Of a stretch of DNA of 64,000 nt, positions 20,169 through 29,605 are shown in pieces. The notes beneath the pieces are model-generated. The model had not been told where the DNA came from and did not search any database. It worked only from the letters and a program-made list of their open reading frames with translations. The stretch lies in NCBI GenBank assembly GCA_963702435.1, contig CAVPCR010000001.1, forward strand, positions 96,001 to 160,000, written 5' to 3'. Origin of the DNA: Candidatus Eiseniibacteriota bacterium (GTDB lineage Bacteria > Eisenbacteria > RBG-16-71-46 > CAVPCR01). Positions within the stretch are counted from its first letter, which is position 1, and every line of letters starts with the position of its first letter. The position numbers and the translations under genes were made by a program.

Positions 20169-20337
20169 GGGGTTTTCTTGTCGCGATGCGGGGAGCAGGA
20201 CCGGGAGGCGGACGGCCACCCGCACCGGCCAGCTTACCGGGACCGGGGACGGCGCTCAATCGGCCCGTGCCCGGACCGGCGGACCCGCCAGCACCTCGCC
20301 CGCCGGCGCCTCGCCCGCCCGCGCTTCGCCCGCCGCC

Positions 20338-20366
20338 TTGACATCGCCCCCGCTCTCCCCTATCTT
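20338..20366 (+). promoter_or_regulatory. Putative sigma70 promoter
   Basis: TTGACA-17 bp-TATCTT upstream of ATG 20428. Confidence 0.6.
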
Positions 20367-20427
20367 CCGAGTCTCCCACATCTTAGTGCTCGTGGCGCGT
20401 TCACCTTCCCCCAGCGGGTTTCGAACC

Positions 20428-21474
20428 ATGCGACATGCCCCGTCCGCCCAGGCCCAGTGCCGGCTCGGCGCGCGCGCCGGAGCGATGGCCGGCCTCGCGC
20501 TCGCCACTCTCCTCGCCGCGGCTTGCGATGTCGACGATCCGGATCGGCTCGCCTCCAACCAGCGCTTCGTTCCGGTCACCTTCGACGCCGCGACCGCTGT
20601 GGTGCCGGCAGGCACGGTCACGATCGCGACCTCCGGGAACGAGATCGCCGTCGAGGCCACGGACCTCCCGGCGCTCGAAGCCCCGGGCGGCGGCGCGCCC
20701 GGCTGGGCCTACGAGGGGTGGATCCTCTATCCGTTCGCCGACACGACGGGCTACATCCCGGCCGGTCGCTTCCGCATCCCGGCGCCGTCCGGGGACGACG
20801 AGTTCCCCACCGGCGAGGCCCGATTCACCTACGCGCGAGACGGATCGTTCACGCTCGAGTCCGCGGGCACGACCCTCGCCCAGGGCCTGCCGATGCCGGA
20901 CACGCTCGATTTCACCGAGGACGTCAGCTTCCTCCTCGCGATCGAGCCCGATCCCGATAGCGAGCCCGCCCAGCCCGGCTACACCCACCTGCTCGTGAGC
21001 AAGGAGGTGCTCAGCGCCGGCGGCGGTGCGCTCATCGTCCCGGTGAACCCGCGCACGCCGCAGGCCGGCGACTTCTCGACGCTCGACGGCGAGGCGAACG
21101 TGAACACGGCGACCGGCGAGTTCGCCCTCGTCTTCGAGTTCATGCCCTACTTCGTGCGCTCGAGCCCGCCGAACGATCCGGGCCTCACCTACCAGGCCTG
21201 GTTCGTGGACGACGACGGCGCCGCACCCCGCTACCAGTCGATCGCGCGCTTCAATCCGAACGTCGTCGGGGACGCGAGCCTGAACGGCGTGCTCTATCCG
21301 GGCGATCTGGACGGCGACGGCGTCCCGGAGCCGCTCGATCTCGATCGCGTGCTCATCACGATCGAGCCCGACATGATCACCGCTCAGCAGCCGGCCGGGC
21401 AGGGCGTGGACACGAGCGGCGACCTGTTCCAGACCGTGCCCTACAGGGAGACGCTCCCGGACGTGCTGCCCTGA
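20428..21474 (+). CDS. Hypothetical lipoprotein with two related beta domains
   Basis: Lipobox LAAAC; repeated YEGW..GRF..LAIEP and YQAW..ARF..ITIEP. Confidence 0.6.
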   Translation: MRHAPSAQAQCRLGARAGAMAGLALATLLAAACDVDDPDRLASNQRFVPVTFDAATAVVPAGTVTIATSGNEIAVEATDLPALEAPGGGAPGWAYEGWILYPFADTTGYIPAGRFRIPAPSGDDEFPTGEARFTYARDGSFTLESAGTTLAQGLPMPDTLDFTEDVSFLLAIEPDPDSEPAQPGYTHLLVSKEVLSAGGGALIVPVNPRTPQAGDFSTLDGEANVNTATGEFALVFEFMPYFVRSSPPNDPGLTYQAWFVDDDGAAPRYQSIARFNPNVVGDASLNGVLYPGDLDGDGVPEPLDLDRVLITIEPDMITAQQPAGQGVDTSGDLFQTVPYRETLPDVLP

Positions 21475-21508
21475 CGTGTGACGGGGGCGCCGGCCCGCGC
21501 GCCCGCGC

Positions 21509-22321
21509 TCACCACTTGAGCAGGCGCCGGAGCCGCTTGGCCTGCGCGCGCGAGAGCGGGATCTCGGTTCCCGCCTTGTCCGCCATCTTCAGCCGATAGG
21601 TGCCCGAGAACCAGGGGATGATCTCGGTCACCTTGTTGATGTTGGCGAGATAGCTCCGGTGCACGCGGATGAAGATGTCGGGATCGAGATCGGCCTCGAG
21701 CTCCTCGAGGGTCCGATAGCCCGTCACCTCGGAGATATCCCTCGTCACCGCATACACGGTGCCGTCGGCGATGTAGGCGTAGACGACGCTCTCGGCATCG
21801 ATCAGCCCGAGCCGCTCGCCGCGCTTGACCGGGATCCGCTTCAGGTGCTCGCCGCGCCGGCCGATGGCGTCGATCAGGGCGTCCAGGTTGGGCGCCCCGC
21901 TCTCGGGCTGGCTCATGCGCTCCTTGACCTTGTCGATCGCCGCCTTGAGCCGCTTCTTCTCGACGGGCTTCAGCAGATAGTCGGTGGCGCTCACCTCGAA
22001 GGCCCGGATCGCGTACTGGTCGTACGCGGTGACGAAGACGATCCGCGGCGCGATCTGCCGCCGATTCAGGTTCTTCACCACCTGGAAACCGTCGGCGCCC
22101 GGCATGCGGATGTCGAGAAAGGCGATGTGCGGTCGCACGCGCTCGATGAGCGACTCGGCCTCGACTCCGTTCTGCGCTTCCCCGACCACCTCGACCTCGG
22201 GAAACCCGGCGAGGAGGTGCGTCAGCTCCTCGCGGGCGAGCGGCTCGTCGTCCACCACCACCGCGCGGATGCGCGTGCCCTCGGCGACGGGCTCGGCGGC
22301 GGGTTCGTTTCCCTTGCGCAT
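21509..22321 (-). CDS. LytTR family response regulator
   Basis: VVDDEPLAR, FLDIRMPG, FVTAYDQYA, DYLLKP, FIRVHRSY. Confidence 0.95.
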   Translation of the reverse strand: MRKGNEPAAEPVAEGTRIRAVVVDDEPLAREELTHLLAGFPEVEVVGEAQNGVEAESLIERVRPHIAFLDIRMPGADGFQVVKNLNRRQIAPRIVFVTAYDQYAIRAFEVSATDYLLKPVEKKRLKAAIDKVKERMSQPESGAPNLDALIDAIGRRGEHLKRIPVKRGERLGLIDAESVVYAYIADGTVYAVTRDISEVTGYRTLEELEADLDPDIFIRVHRSYLANINKVTEIIPWFSGTYRLKMADKAGTEIPLSRAQAKRLRRLLKW

Positions 22322-22348
22322 GCGGTTCTCCTCGCGGGCGGGGCCGCT

Positions 22349-23707
22349 CTAGCCGCGCCCGTTCATGACCGGGTTCCCCGGGCGTCCGCCCCGGAGACTC
22401 GCCGGACCGGCATCGCTCGTCGGGATCGCGATCCTGACCTCGGTGCCCTGCCCCGGCTGGCTCTTGAGCTCGAGCCCGTGATTGGGGCCGTACATGACCC
22501 GGAGGCGCTCGTGCACGTTGCGGACGCCGATGCCGCGCGTGAGGGCCTCGGCCACGCGTTCCTCGGGCATGCCGACGCCGTCGTCGGCGATCGTGAGCAC
22601 GAGCTGCCCGTCCTCGCGGACGGCCCGGATGTGGATGGTGCCGCCGGTGAGCGAGGCGGCGATGCCGTGCTTGATCGCGTTCTCGACCAGGGGCTGGAGC
22701 AGCATGGTCGGCACCGGAATGCCGAGCAGCGCCGGATCGATCTCCTTGACCACGCGCAGCATGTGCGGCCCGAAGCGCACGGTCTCGATGTCGAGGTAGT
22801 CGTCGATGAACTGGAGCTCGTCGCGCAGCGGAACGAAGTCCTCGTGCGGCTCGAGCGCGCGGCGCAGGATGGCCGAGAGCTTGACGATCATCTCGCGCGC
22901 GCGGTCCGAGTTGGTGCGGATCGAGGAGCTGATCGAATTGAGCGTGTTGAACAGGAAATGGGGGTTGATCTGGCTGCGGAGCGCGTCGTAACGGGCCTGG
23001 GCGAGGAGCCGCGCCTGGTCCTCGAGCTTGGTCTCCATGCGCTCCGAGTTGAACACCTTGATCGCGATGCCGATCGCGGAGAGGACCCCGGCCCACACCG
23101 CGATCCGCGTCCAGGGGTGCTCGGGCGCGAGGCTGTAGAGCCAGGTCGGCCGGAGCTGGCTCACCGCGTCGCGGACGAGACAGAGGCCGAGGCTCGTGCC
23201 GACGATGACGGCGCGCGGATCGAGAGCGCGGCGGAGGACGGCGCTCCGCAGCGCCTGGTAGATGTCGAGCGGCGGGATCGGCGAGAACTCCCAGATCGAC
23301 TCGCCGAGGAGGCGGCCGCGCCCGACGAGACCGCCGACCACGCCCACGGTGACCATGGCCGGGAGCGCGAGCCACTCCCCGCCCACGAACCCCGGCGCCC
23401 CGGCCAGGGCGCCGACCACGAGCCCCGGGTGGATGCCGCCGACGAGCCCCGCCACGTAGGCCCCCTCGAGGCTCAGGTCGAGCGCCTGGTAGTTCAAGAT
23501 CACGCGGAGGAGGCTCCCGAGGAAGAACGGGAGCCCGAGCCAGAGCGCGATGATCGCCTGGGTGCGCACGGTGCGGCGGCTCGTGAACAGCGCCCCGGCG
23601 AAGCGGCGCGAGCGCACGAGGAAGCTCGTCAAGCTCGCCATCACGCCGAGCTTGACGAGAACGAGAACCAGGATGAACTGGTCGCCGCTTAAGGTGACTT
23701 CGCGCAT
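22349..23707 (-). CDS. LytS-type membrane sensor histidine kinase
   Basis: N-terminal TMs; LRSQINPHFLFNTLN, LQPLVENAIKHG, DDGVG, GIGVRNV. Confidence 0.95.
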   Translation of the reverse strand: MREVTLSGDQFILVLVLVKLGVMASLTSFLVRSRRFAGALFTSRRTVRTQAIIALWLGLPFFLGSLLRVILNYQALDLSLEGAYVAGLVGGIHPGLVVGALAGAPGFVGGEWLALPAMVTVGVVGGLVGRGRLLGESIWEFSPIPPLDIYQALRSAVLRRALDPRAVIVGTSLGLCLVRDAVSQLRPTWLYSLAPEHPWTRIAVWAGVLSAIGIAIKVFNSERMETKLEDQARLLAQARYDALRSQINPHFLFNTLNSISSSIRTNSDRAREMIVKLSAILRRALEPHEDFVPLRDELQFIDDYLDIETVRFGPHMLRVVKEIDPALLGIPVPTMLLQPLVENAIKHGIAASLTGGTIHIRAVREDGQLVLTIADDGVGMPEERVAEALTRGIGVRNVHERLRVMYGPNHGLELKSQPGQGTEVRIAIPTSDAGPASLRGGRPGNPVMNGRG

Positions 23708-23773
23708 GGATTCCAGGGTCGTCGGGAGGAGGCCGTTCCGATGGCGATCGGTGGTCGTTCCGATCCGGGACCG

Positions 23774-23802
23774 ATGCTAGAATCCGGCGCGCGGAGTGTC
23801 AA
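23774..23802 (-). promoter_or_regulatory. Putative sigma70 promoter of the LytS/LytTR pair
   Basis: TTGACA-17 bp-TAGCAT. Confidence 0.6.
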
Positions 23803-23825
23803 GCAATCGACCAGGTGGGTGAACC

Positions 23826-24899
23826 ATGCAGATCGCGATCGTCGGGTTGCCGTGGACCGGAAAGACAACGCTCTTCCATACGCTGGCCGCCTATGCCGGC
23901 GCGAGCGCTCCGCACGGCGGAGCGGGGGCCGTCGCGCACGCCGTCGTCCGCGTGCCCGACCGGCGCCTCGACCATCTGCACACCATCCATCCGCGCGCCA
24001 AGCGGACGCCGGCGACCATCGAGTACCTCGACGTGCCGGGCCTCGATCTGCGCCGCGAGCGCGGGCACGGGGTGCCCGGGGCGATCCTCGCCCAGATCAA
24101 GAACGCGCGAGCGCTCCTCGAGGTGATCGGCGGGTTCGGCGAGGATCAGCCGGCGGACCTCGCGGAGCAGGTGCGCCTGTGGCGCGCCGACGTCGAGCTC
24201 ATGGAGACCGAGATGCTCATCGGCGATCTCCAGATCGTCGAGAAACGGCGCGAGCGGCTGGGCCGGCAGATGAAGAAGGGGAAGCGGCCGGAGGACGAGC
24301 GCGAGGACGCGCTCCTCCAGCGCTGCGAGACGGCGCTCGGCGATTCGCTCCCGCTCCGGCGGCTCCCGCTCACGACCGAGGAGCAGATCATGCTCGGGGG
24401 CTTCCAGCTCCTGACGCAGAAGCTCATCCTCCGCGTCGTCAACGTGCGCGAGGACCGGATCGGTGCGGCGGCGGAGATCGCGCGGCTGTGGGGCGAGGAT
24501 CCGCCGCTGGTCGTGGCCGCCAAGATCGAGGAGGAGATCGCTCTGCTCCCCGAGGAGGAGCGCGCCGCCTTCCTTGCCGACCTCGGCCTCGAGGCCCCGG
24601 CCCTCGACCGGTTGATGCGCGCGTCGTACCGCCTCCTCGGGCTCATCTCCTTCTTCACGATGGGCGACACCGATGTCCGCGCGTGGACCGTTCCCGCCGG
24701 CACCACCGCGCAGCCCGCCGCGGGCGAGATCCACACGGACCTCGAGCGCGGCTTCATCCGGGCCGAGGTCGTCGCCTACGACGTCCTCGTCACCTGCGGC
24801 TCCCTCGAGGCGTGCAAGAAGCGCGGACTCCTGCGCCTGGAAGGGAAAGAATACGTGGTGGCGGACGGCGACATCATGACCATCCGCTTCAGCGTGTGA
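23826..24899 (+). CDS. ychF: YchF/Obg-family ATPase (divergent)
   Basis: GLPWTGKTT, DVPGL, LISFFT, AAGEIHTDLERGFIRAEV, LEGKEYVVADGD. Confidence 0.85.
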   Translation: MQIAIVGLPWTGKTTLFHTLAAYAGASAPHGGAGAVAHAVVRVPDRRLDHLHTIHPRAKRTPATIEYLDVPGLDLRRERGHGVPGAILAQIKNARALLEVIGGFGEDQPADLAEQVRLWRADVELMETEMLIGDLQIVEKRRERLGRQMKKGKRPEDEREDALLQRCETALGDSLPLRRLPLTTEEQIMLGGFQLLTQKLILRVVNVREDRIGAAAEIARLWGEDPPLVVAAKIEEEIALLPEEERAAFLADLGLEAPALDRLMRASYRLLGLISFFTMGDTDVRAWTVPAGTTAQPAAGEIHTDLERGFIRAEVVAYDVLVTCGSLEACKKRGLLRLEGKEYVVADGDIMTIRFSV

Positions 24900-26169
24900 C
24901 GACGACCCGCGTGCTCGGCGCGGCCCCGCCGGCGGCGTGGATCTGTGCGAGGTAGACACCGGCGGCAACCCGCGCCTCCCAGCGAGCAGTCCCGCCGGGG
25001 GCGATGGCGAGCACGGCGACCAGGCGCCCGGCCGGGTCGAAGATCGCAAGCGGCGCTCCGGCGAGATCGACGCCGGCGCCGAAGGTGATGGCCGTCCCGG
25101 CGGTCGCCGGATTGGGCCACGCGAGGAGCGCGCCGGGGTGGGCGGCGGCCGCGGGCGGCTCGGCGATCGCCGCGCCGCCGGCGAGGCGGCTCGCGAGAAA
25201 GGCGATCGCGGCATCGTCGGTCGCCGTGCCGAGCGAACCATGCCCGGCGCCGGCGACCACGCGGTAGTCGTGCGCGACTTGGACCGCGGTGAGCGCGGCG
25301 TCGAGGAGCCGGCTCGACCCGAGCGGCACCGAGGTGTCGTTCGTCCCGTGCCCGATGAAGCCCGGCGGATCGAGCGGATCCGCGTGCGTGATCGGATTCG
25401 CATCGCGGGTGCGCGCGACGAGCTCCGGATAAGGCGGGTTCGGATCGTGCTGGTGCGCGCGGATGTCGCCGATCCCCTGCCCGGGATCGTCCCAGCCGAT
25501 GAGGCGCGATTCCGGCGAGGTCGGGGCATCGTGATTGATGGTGCTGCCGGGCGGGATCGTGACGAGCAGGTTCATGTTGAGGATGTCGGTCGGCCCGAAG
25601 TAGTCGGCGAACACCTGGAGCGCGCTCGACTGGCCGAGGTTCCCGCCGACCACCCCCTCGAGGCGCGGGATGCCGGCCGCCGTGCCGGCGAGAGCGGCGA
25701 GATGCCCGCCGGCCGACGAGCCCCAGGCGCCGAAGCGATTTGCATCGAGGCCGTAGGTCGCCGCGTTGGCGCGGAGCCAGCGGATCGCGCCCTTCACGTC
25801 GTGGATCTGGGCGGGGAAGATCACCGGCTCGCTCCCGTACTGGCCGGCCTCGCTCGTCAGGCGGTAGTCGACGCTGGCGACGGCGATGCGCTCCTCGACG
25901 ACGAGGCGGAGGGCGAGCGCCGGCACCGGGAGCGAGGACCCGCCCGACCATCCGCCGCCGTGGATCCAGACAACGCACGGCACGGGATCGGCGGGGCTCG
26001 CCCCGAGCGGCACGCGGAGCGAGAGATGGAGCGGCCGGCCGCCGACCATCGCGTAGGTCAAGTTGTCGAAGGAGAGGTAGGGCTGGGCCTGGGCGGCGAC
26101 CGGCGCCAGCACAAGGAGCGCGAGAAGGAGGGCGGCGAACCGGATCGCGGGGGCAAGGCGCTGGTGCAT
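24889..26169 (-). CDS. Secreted alpha/beta hydrolase (esterase) with FlgD/T9SS-like CTD
   Basis: Signal peptide; HGGGW, GSSAG, HGTND, GAGHG; WPNP...IFDPAGRLV...GVYL. Confidence 0.88.
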   Translation of the reverse strand: MHQRLAPAIRFAALLLALLVLAPVAAQAQPYLSFDNLTYAMVGGRPLHLSLRVPLGASPADPVPCVVWIHGGGWSGGSSLPVPALALRLVVEERIAVASVDYRLTSEAGQYGSEPVIFPAQIHDVKGAIRWLRANAATYGLDANRFGAWGSSAGGHLAALAGTAAGIPRLEGVVGGNLGQSSALQVFADYFGPTDILNMNLLVTIPPGSTINHDAPTSPESRLIGWDDPGQGIGDIRAHQHDPNPPYPELVARTRDANPITHADPLDPPGFIGHGTNDTSVPLGSSRLLDAALTAVQVAHDYRVVAGAGHGSLGTATDDAAIAFLASRLAGGAAIAEPPAAAAHPGALLAWPNPATAGTAITFGAGVDLAGAPLAIFDPAGRLVAVLAIAPGGTARWEARVAAGVYLAQIHAAGGAAPSTRVVVTR

Positions 26170-26230
26170 GGCGAGGATCCTCCGCGGCGCACGGGCCACG
26201 ACCATCATAGCATCCGGCACGGAGTCCGGG

Positions 26231-27562
26231 TCATTCCCGCGGCGCCCGGAGCGGGAGCGGGCTCTCGCCGGTGATGAGGCGCGCGCCGCGGTTCCACGTC
26301 GCATAGCTCCATGCCCACTGGATGAAGACGAGGAGGCGGTTCTCGAAGTCGACGAGCGCCATGAGATGCACGAAGAGCCAGACGAGCCAGGCCGGAGCGC
26401 CAGAGAGCGTGAGCCAGCCGAAGTCGGCGATCCCGGCGCCGCGCCCGATGACGGCCATGCTCCCCAGGTCGCGATAGCGGAACGGCGGCTCCGCCTCCGC
26501 ACCACCGCGGGCGCGCCGCGCGATGACGCGTGCCGCATACTTCCCCTGTTGCATCGCCGCCGGCGCCACACCCGGCAACGGCTTCCCGCCCTCGCCCGCC
26601 GCGCAGCTCGCGAGATCGCCGATCACGAAGATCTCGGGATGCGCGGGGAGCGTGAGATCCGGGCGGACGACGACGCGGCCGGCGCGATCGAGCTCGGCGC
26701 CGGCGCGCGCGGCGAGCACGCGGCCGAAGGGCGCGCCGGCGACCCCGGCCGCCCACACGACGGTGCGCGCGGAGATGCGCTCGCTCCGACCGTCGCGTTC
26801 GAGCTCGACTTGGCCGGCGGTGATCGCGGTCACCTGCGTGGACGTCCGCGTCTCGACGCCGAGCCGCGCGAGCGCGATCTCGGCGCGCGCCGAGAGCACG
26901 GGCACGTAGGGCGGGAGGATCCGCTCGGCGCCCTCGACGAGGAGAATGCGCGCCGCAGCGGGATCGATCCGCCGGAAATCGTGCTTGAGCGTGTGGCGCG
27001 CGATCTCGGCGAGGGCGCCGGCGAGCTCGACGCCGGTCGGTCCGCCGCCGACCACGACGAAGGTGAGCCACGCCGCCCGGAGTGCCGGATCGGGCTCCCG
27101 CTCGGCCGCCTCGAAGGCGACGAGGAGCTTCCGGCGGATCGCGGTCGCGTCCTCGATCGTCTTGAGCCCGGGCGCGAGCGGCTCCCACTCGGGATGGCCG
27201 AAGTAGTGGTGGCGCGCGCCGCAGGCGACGATGAGCGAGTCGTAGTCGAGCGCGCCGTCGGAGAAGATGACGCGGCGCGCCGCCGGATCGAGGTCGGTCG
27301 CCTCGGCGAGGAGGACGCGTGCGTTCCGCTGCCGGCGGAGGAGCGCGCGGAGCGGGGCGGCGATGTCCGCCGGCGAGAGACCGCCGGTCGCCACCTGGTA
27401 GAGGAGCGGCTGGAAGAGGTGGAAGTTCCGCCGGTCGACTATGGTCACCGCGACCGGGGCGCGGGCCAGGGCCTTCGCCGCGGCGAGACCGCCGAAGCCG
27501 CCGCCGAGGATCACGACGCGATGGGGAGCGCTCTCGCTCCCCGAGCTGCCGGTCCGCATCAT
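26231..27562 (-). CDS. ndh: Type II NADH dehydrogenase
   Basis: GGGFGGL, FQPLLYQVATG, VGGGPTGVELAG, WAAGV, IGD, APAAMQQG. Confidence 0.93.
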   Translation of the reverse strand: MMRTGSSGSESAPHRVVILGGGFGGLAAAKALARAPVAVTIVDRRNFHLFQPLLYQVATGGLSPADIAAPLRALLRRQRNARVLLAEATDLDPAARRVIFSDGALDYDSLIVACGARHHYFGHPEWEPLAPGLKTIEDATAIRRKLLVAFEAAEREPDPALRAAWLTFVVVGGGPTGVELAGALAEIARHTLKHDFRRIDPAAARILLVEGAERILPPYVPVLSARAEIALARLGVETRTSTQVTAITAGQVELERDGRSERISARTVVWAAGVAGAPFGRVLAARAGAELDRAGRVVVRPDLTLPAHPEIFVIGDLASCAAGEGGKPLPGVAPAAMQQGKYAARVIARRARGGAEAEPPFRYRDLGSMAVIGRGAGIADFGWLTLSGAPAWLVWLFVHLMALVDFENRLLVFIQWAWSYATWNRGARLITGESPLPLRAPRE

Positions 27563-28692
27563 CGCCGGCCCTTGCTGCCGATCGCCCTGATCAGCTTCTG
27601 GCTCGCGGTGGTCAGGGGCCGCGCGACGGCGTCCTCCGGCGCGATCGCTGTCACCGAGTCGGCCGAGTCCCACGTGGCGCGCACGCGATACGCGGTGAGC
27701 CGCGCCGTACGGTGGAACATCCCGTGCTCGACGCGCTCGAGCGCGTCGCCGACGGCGACCCGGCGCGCGCCGAGCGCGCGGAGCGCCTCAGCGAGGAGAA
27801 CGCGCGGGTCCTCCCCCGCCGGCACGTCCACCGCCGGCAGCTCGTAGAAGCCGGCGAGAACGCCCCGGTCGGGCCGTCGCACGCAGGCGAGCCGCCCGGC
27901 GCGATCGGGCGCCCACGCCACCGCCACCTCGACCACCGGTGGCGGTTTCTTGCGCCTTGGCGCCGGAATCTGCGAGGCGCGCCCGGCGGCCCGCGCCGCG
28001 CAGAGCGACGCCACCGGACAGGACGGGCAGTCCGGGGAGCGCGGCAGGCAGACGAGGGCTCCGAACTCGATGAGCGTCTGCGTCCACGCCCCCGGGGCGC
28101 GCCGCGGCACGAGGGCCGCCGCCACCTGCCACAGGCGAGCCCGGACCGCCGCCGAGCCGAGCGGACGCTCCTCGCCGAGGAGGCGCACGAGGACGCGCGC
28201 CACGTTCGCATCCACCGCCGCGAGGGGGCGATCGTAGGCGATCGAGAGGACGGCGCCCGCCGTGTAGGGACCGACGCCGGGGAGAGCGCGCGCCGTGGCC
28301 TCGTCGTCGGGGAAGCGGCCGCCGTGCTCGGCGACGATGATCGCGGCCGCTTCCTTGAGCTTCCGGGCCCGCGCGTAGTAGCCGAGCCCCTGCCAGGCGG
28401 CAAGCACGTCATCCTCCGTGGCGGCGGCGAGTGCGGCGACGGTCGGGAAACGGGCAAGGAAGCGCTCGTAGTACGGCGCGGCGGCGGCGGCCTGCGTCTG
28501 CTGGAGCATGACCTCGGCGACCCACACGCGGTAGGGGGTTGCCGCGCGCCGCCACGGCAGGTCGCGTGCGGCGCGCGCATACCAGGCGCGGAGCGCGCGG
28601 CGGAGCCGGGCGCGCCAGGCGGGAGGCGGCAGCGCGACCGCTCGGCCGGACCTGGGCCGCCCGGGTCGAACTGCTTCCCGCCGCTCGGCCAC
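27559..28692 (-). CDS. mutY: A/G-specific adenine glycosylase
   Basis: RDLPWR, EVMLQQTQ, WQGLGYYARAR, LPGVGPYTAGA, VDANVARV, CLPRSPDCPSCPVASLC. Confidence 0.96.
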   Translation of the reverse strand: MAERREAVRPGRPRSGRAVALPPPAWRARLRRALRAWYARAARDLPWRRAATPYRVWVAEVMLQQTQAAAAAPYYERFLARFPTVAALAAATEDDVLAAWQGLGYYARARKLKEAAAIIVAEHGGRFPDDEATARALPGVGPYTAGAVLSIAYDRPLAAVDANVARVLVRLLGEERPLGSAAVRARLWQVAAALVPRRAPGAWTQTLIEFGALVCLPRSPDCPSCPVASLCAARAAGRASQIPAPRRKKPPPVVEVAVAWAPDRAGRLACVRRPDRGVLAGFYELPAVDVPAGEDPRVLLAEALRALGARRVAVGDALERVEHGMFHRTARLTAYRVRATWDSADSVTAIAPEDAVARPLTTASQKLIRAIGSKGRR

Positions 28693-28858
28693 CGCTCCTA
28701 GAACACCCCGGCCTTGCCGGCCGCGACCGCCGCCGCGCGCGGCGAAGTCGGACTGAACCGTGCCATGAACGAGACTCCTTCGATTCGAACCAGACTGGAC
28801 GATCGTTCGAGGAGATGGCGCCGGCCGGCAGGGCGGCCCGCGGCGGCGACGGCGGATT

Positions 28859-29605
28859 CTACCGGAAGTACGAGGCCCCGTTCACGTCGATCGTGATCCC
28901 GGTCAGGTAGTCGGCCTCGGACCGGGCGAGGAAGGAGACGGCGGCCGCCACCTCCTCCGGGGTGGCCATCCGCCCGAACGGGATCTGGCCCAAGACCGCC
29001 GCCTCGTCGGTCATCGCGCCCCGCGCCATGTCGGTGGCGGTCCAGCCGGGCGCCACCGTGTAGGCGTAGATCCGCTCGGCGGCGAGCGCCCGGGCGAGGC
29101 AGACGGTCAGGTTCACCATGCCTGCCTTGGACACGCCGTAGGCGGGGAACTCGGTCTCGCCGCGGAAAGCGGCGCGCGAGGCGATCTGGATGATCTTGCC
29201 GCCCCGACCGCGCACGTGCTGCACCATGAGGTAGGCGAGATCGGCGGCCGCATCCAGGTTGACCTGGAGCGTGCGCCGCCAGGCTCCCCGCCAGGCCGCG
29301 AGGCTTGGCGCAGAAAACGGCGCTTCCTCGTAGATACCCGCGTTGTTGACGAGGAGATCGAGCCGCCCGGCGGCGGCGACCGCCGCGGCGAAGAGCCGCT
29401 CGGGCGCGTCGGGTGCGGCGAGGTCGGCGGCGACGAAGGCGTGCCCGACGCCGGCGAGGGCGCCGAGCGCCGCCGCGGCTGCCGGTCCGTCCGCCCGCCC
29501 GTGCACGACCACGCGATAGCCGTCGGCCGCGAGGCGGACGGCCACCGCCCGCCCGATGCCGCGGGTCGAGCCGGTGACGAGGGCGACCGGGGCCCCGGCG
29601 CTCAT
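28859..29605 (-). CDS. Short-chain dehydrogenase/reductase
   Basis: TGSTRGIG, LVNNAG, YGVSKAG, APGWTATDM. Confidence 0.93.
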   Translation of the reverse strand: MSAGAPVALVTGSTRGIGRAVAVRLAADGYRVVVHGRADGPAAAAALGALAGVGHAFVAADLAAPDAPERLFAAAVAAAGRLDLLVNNAGIYEEAPFSAPSLAAWRGAWRRTLQVNLDAAADLAYLMVQHVRGRGGKIIQIASRAAFRGETEFPAYGVSKAGMVNLTVCLARALAAERIYAYTVAPGWTATDMARGAMTDEAAVLGQIPFGRMATPEEVAAAVSFLARSEADYLTGITIDVNGASYFR

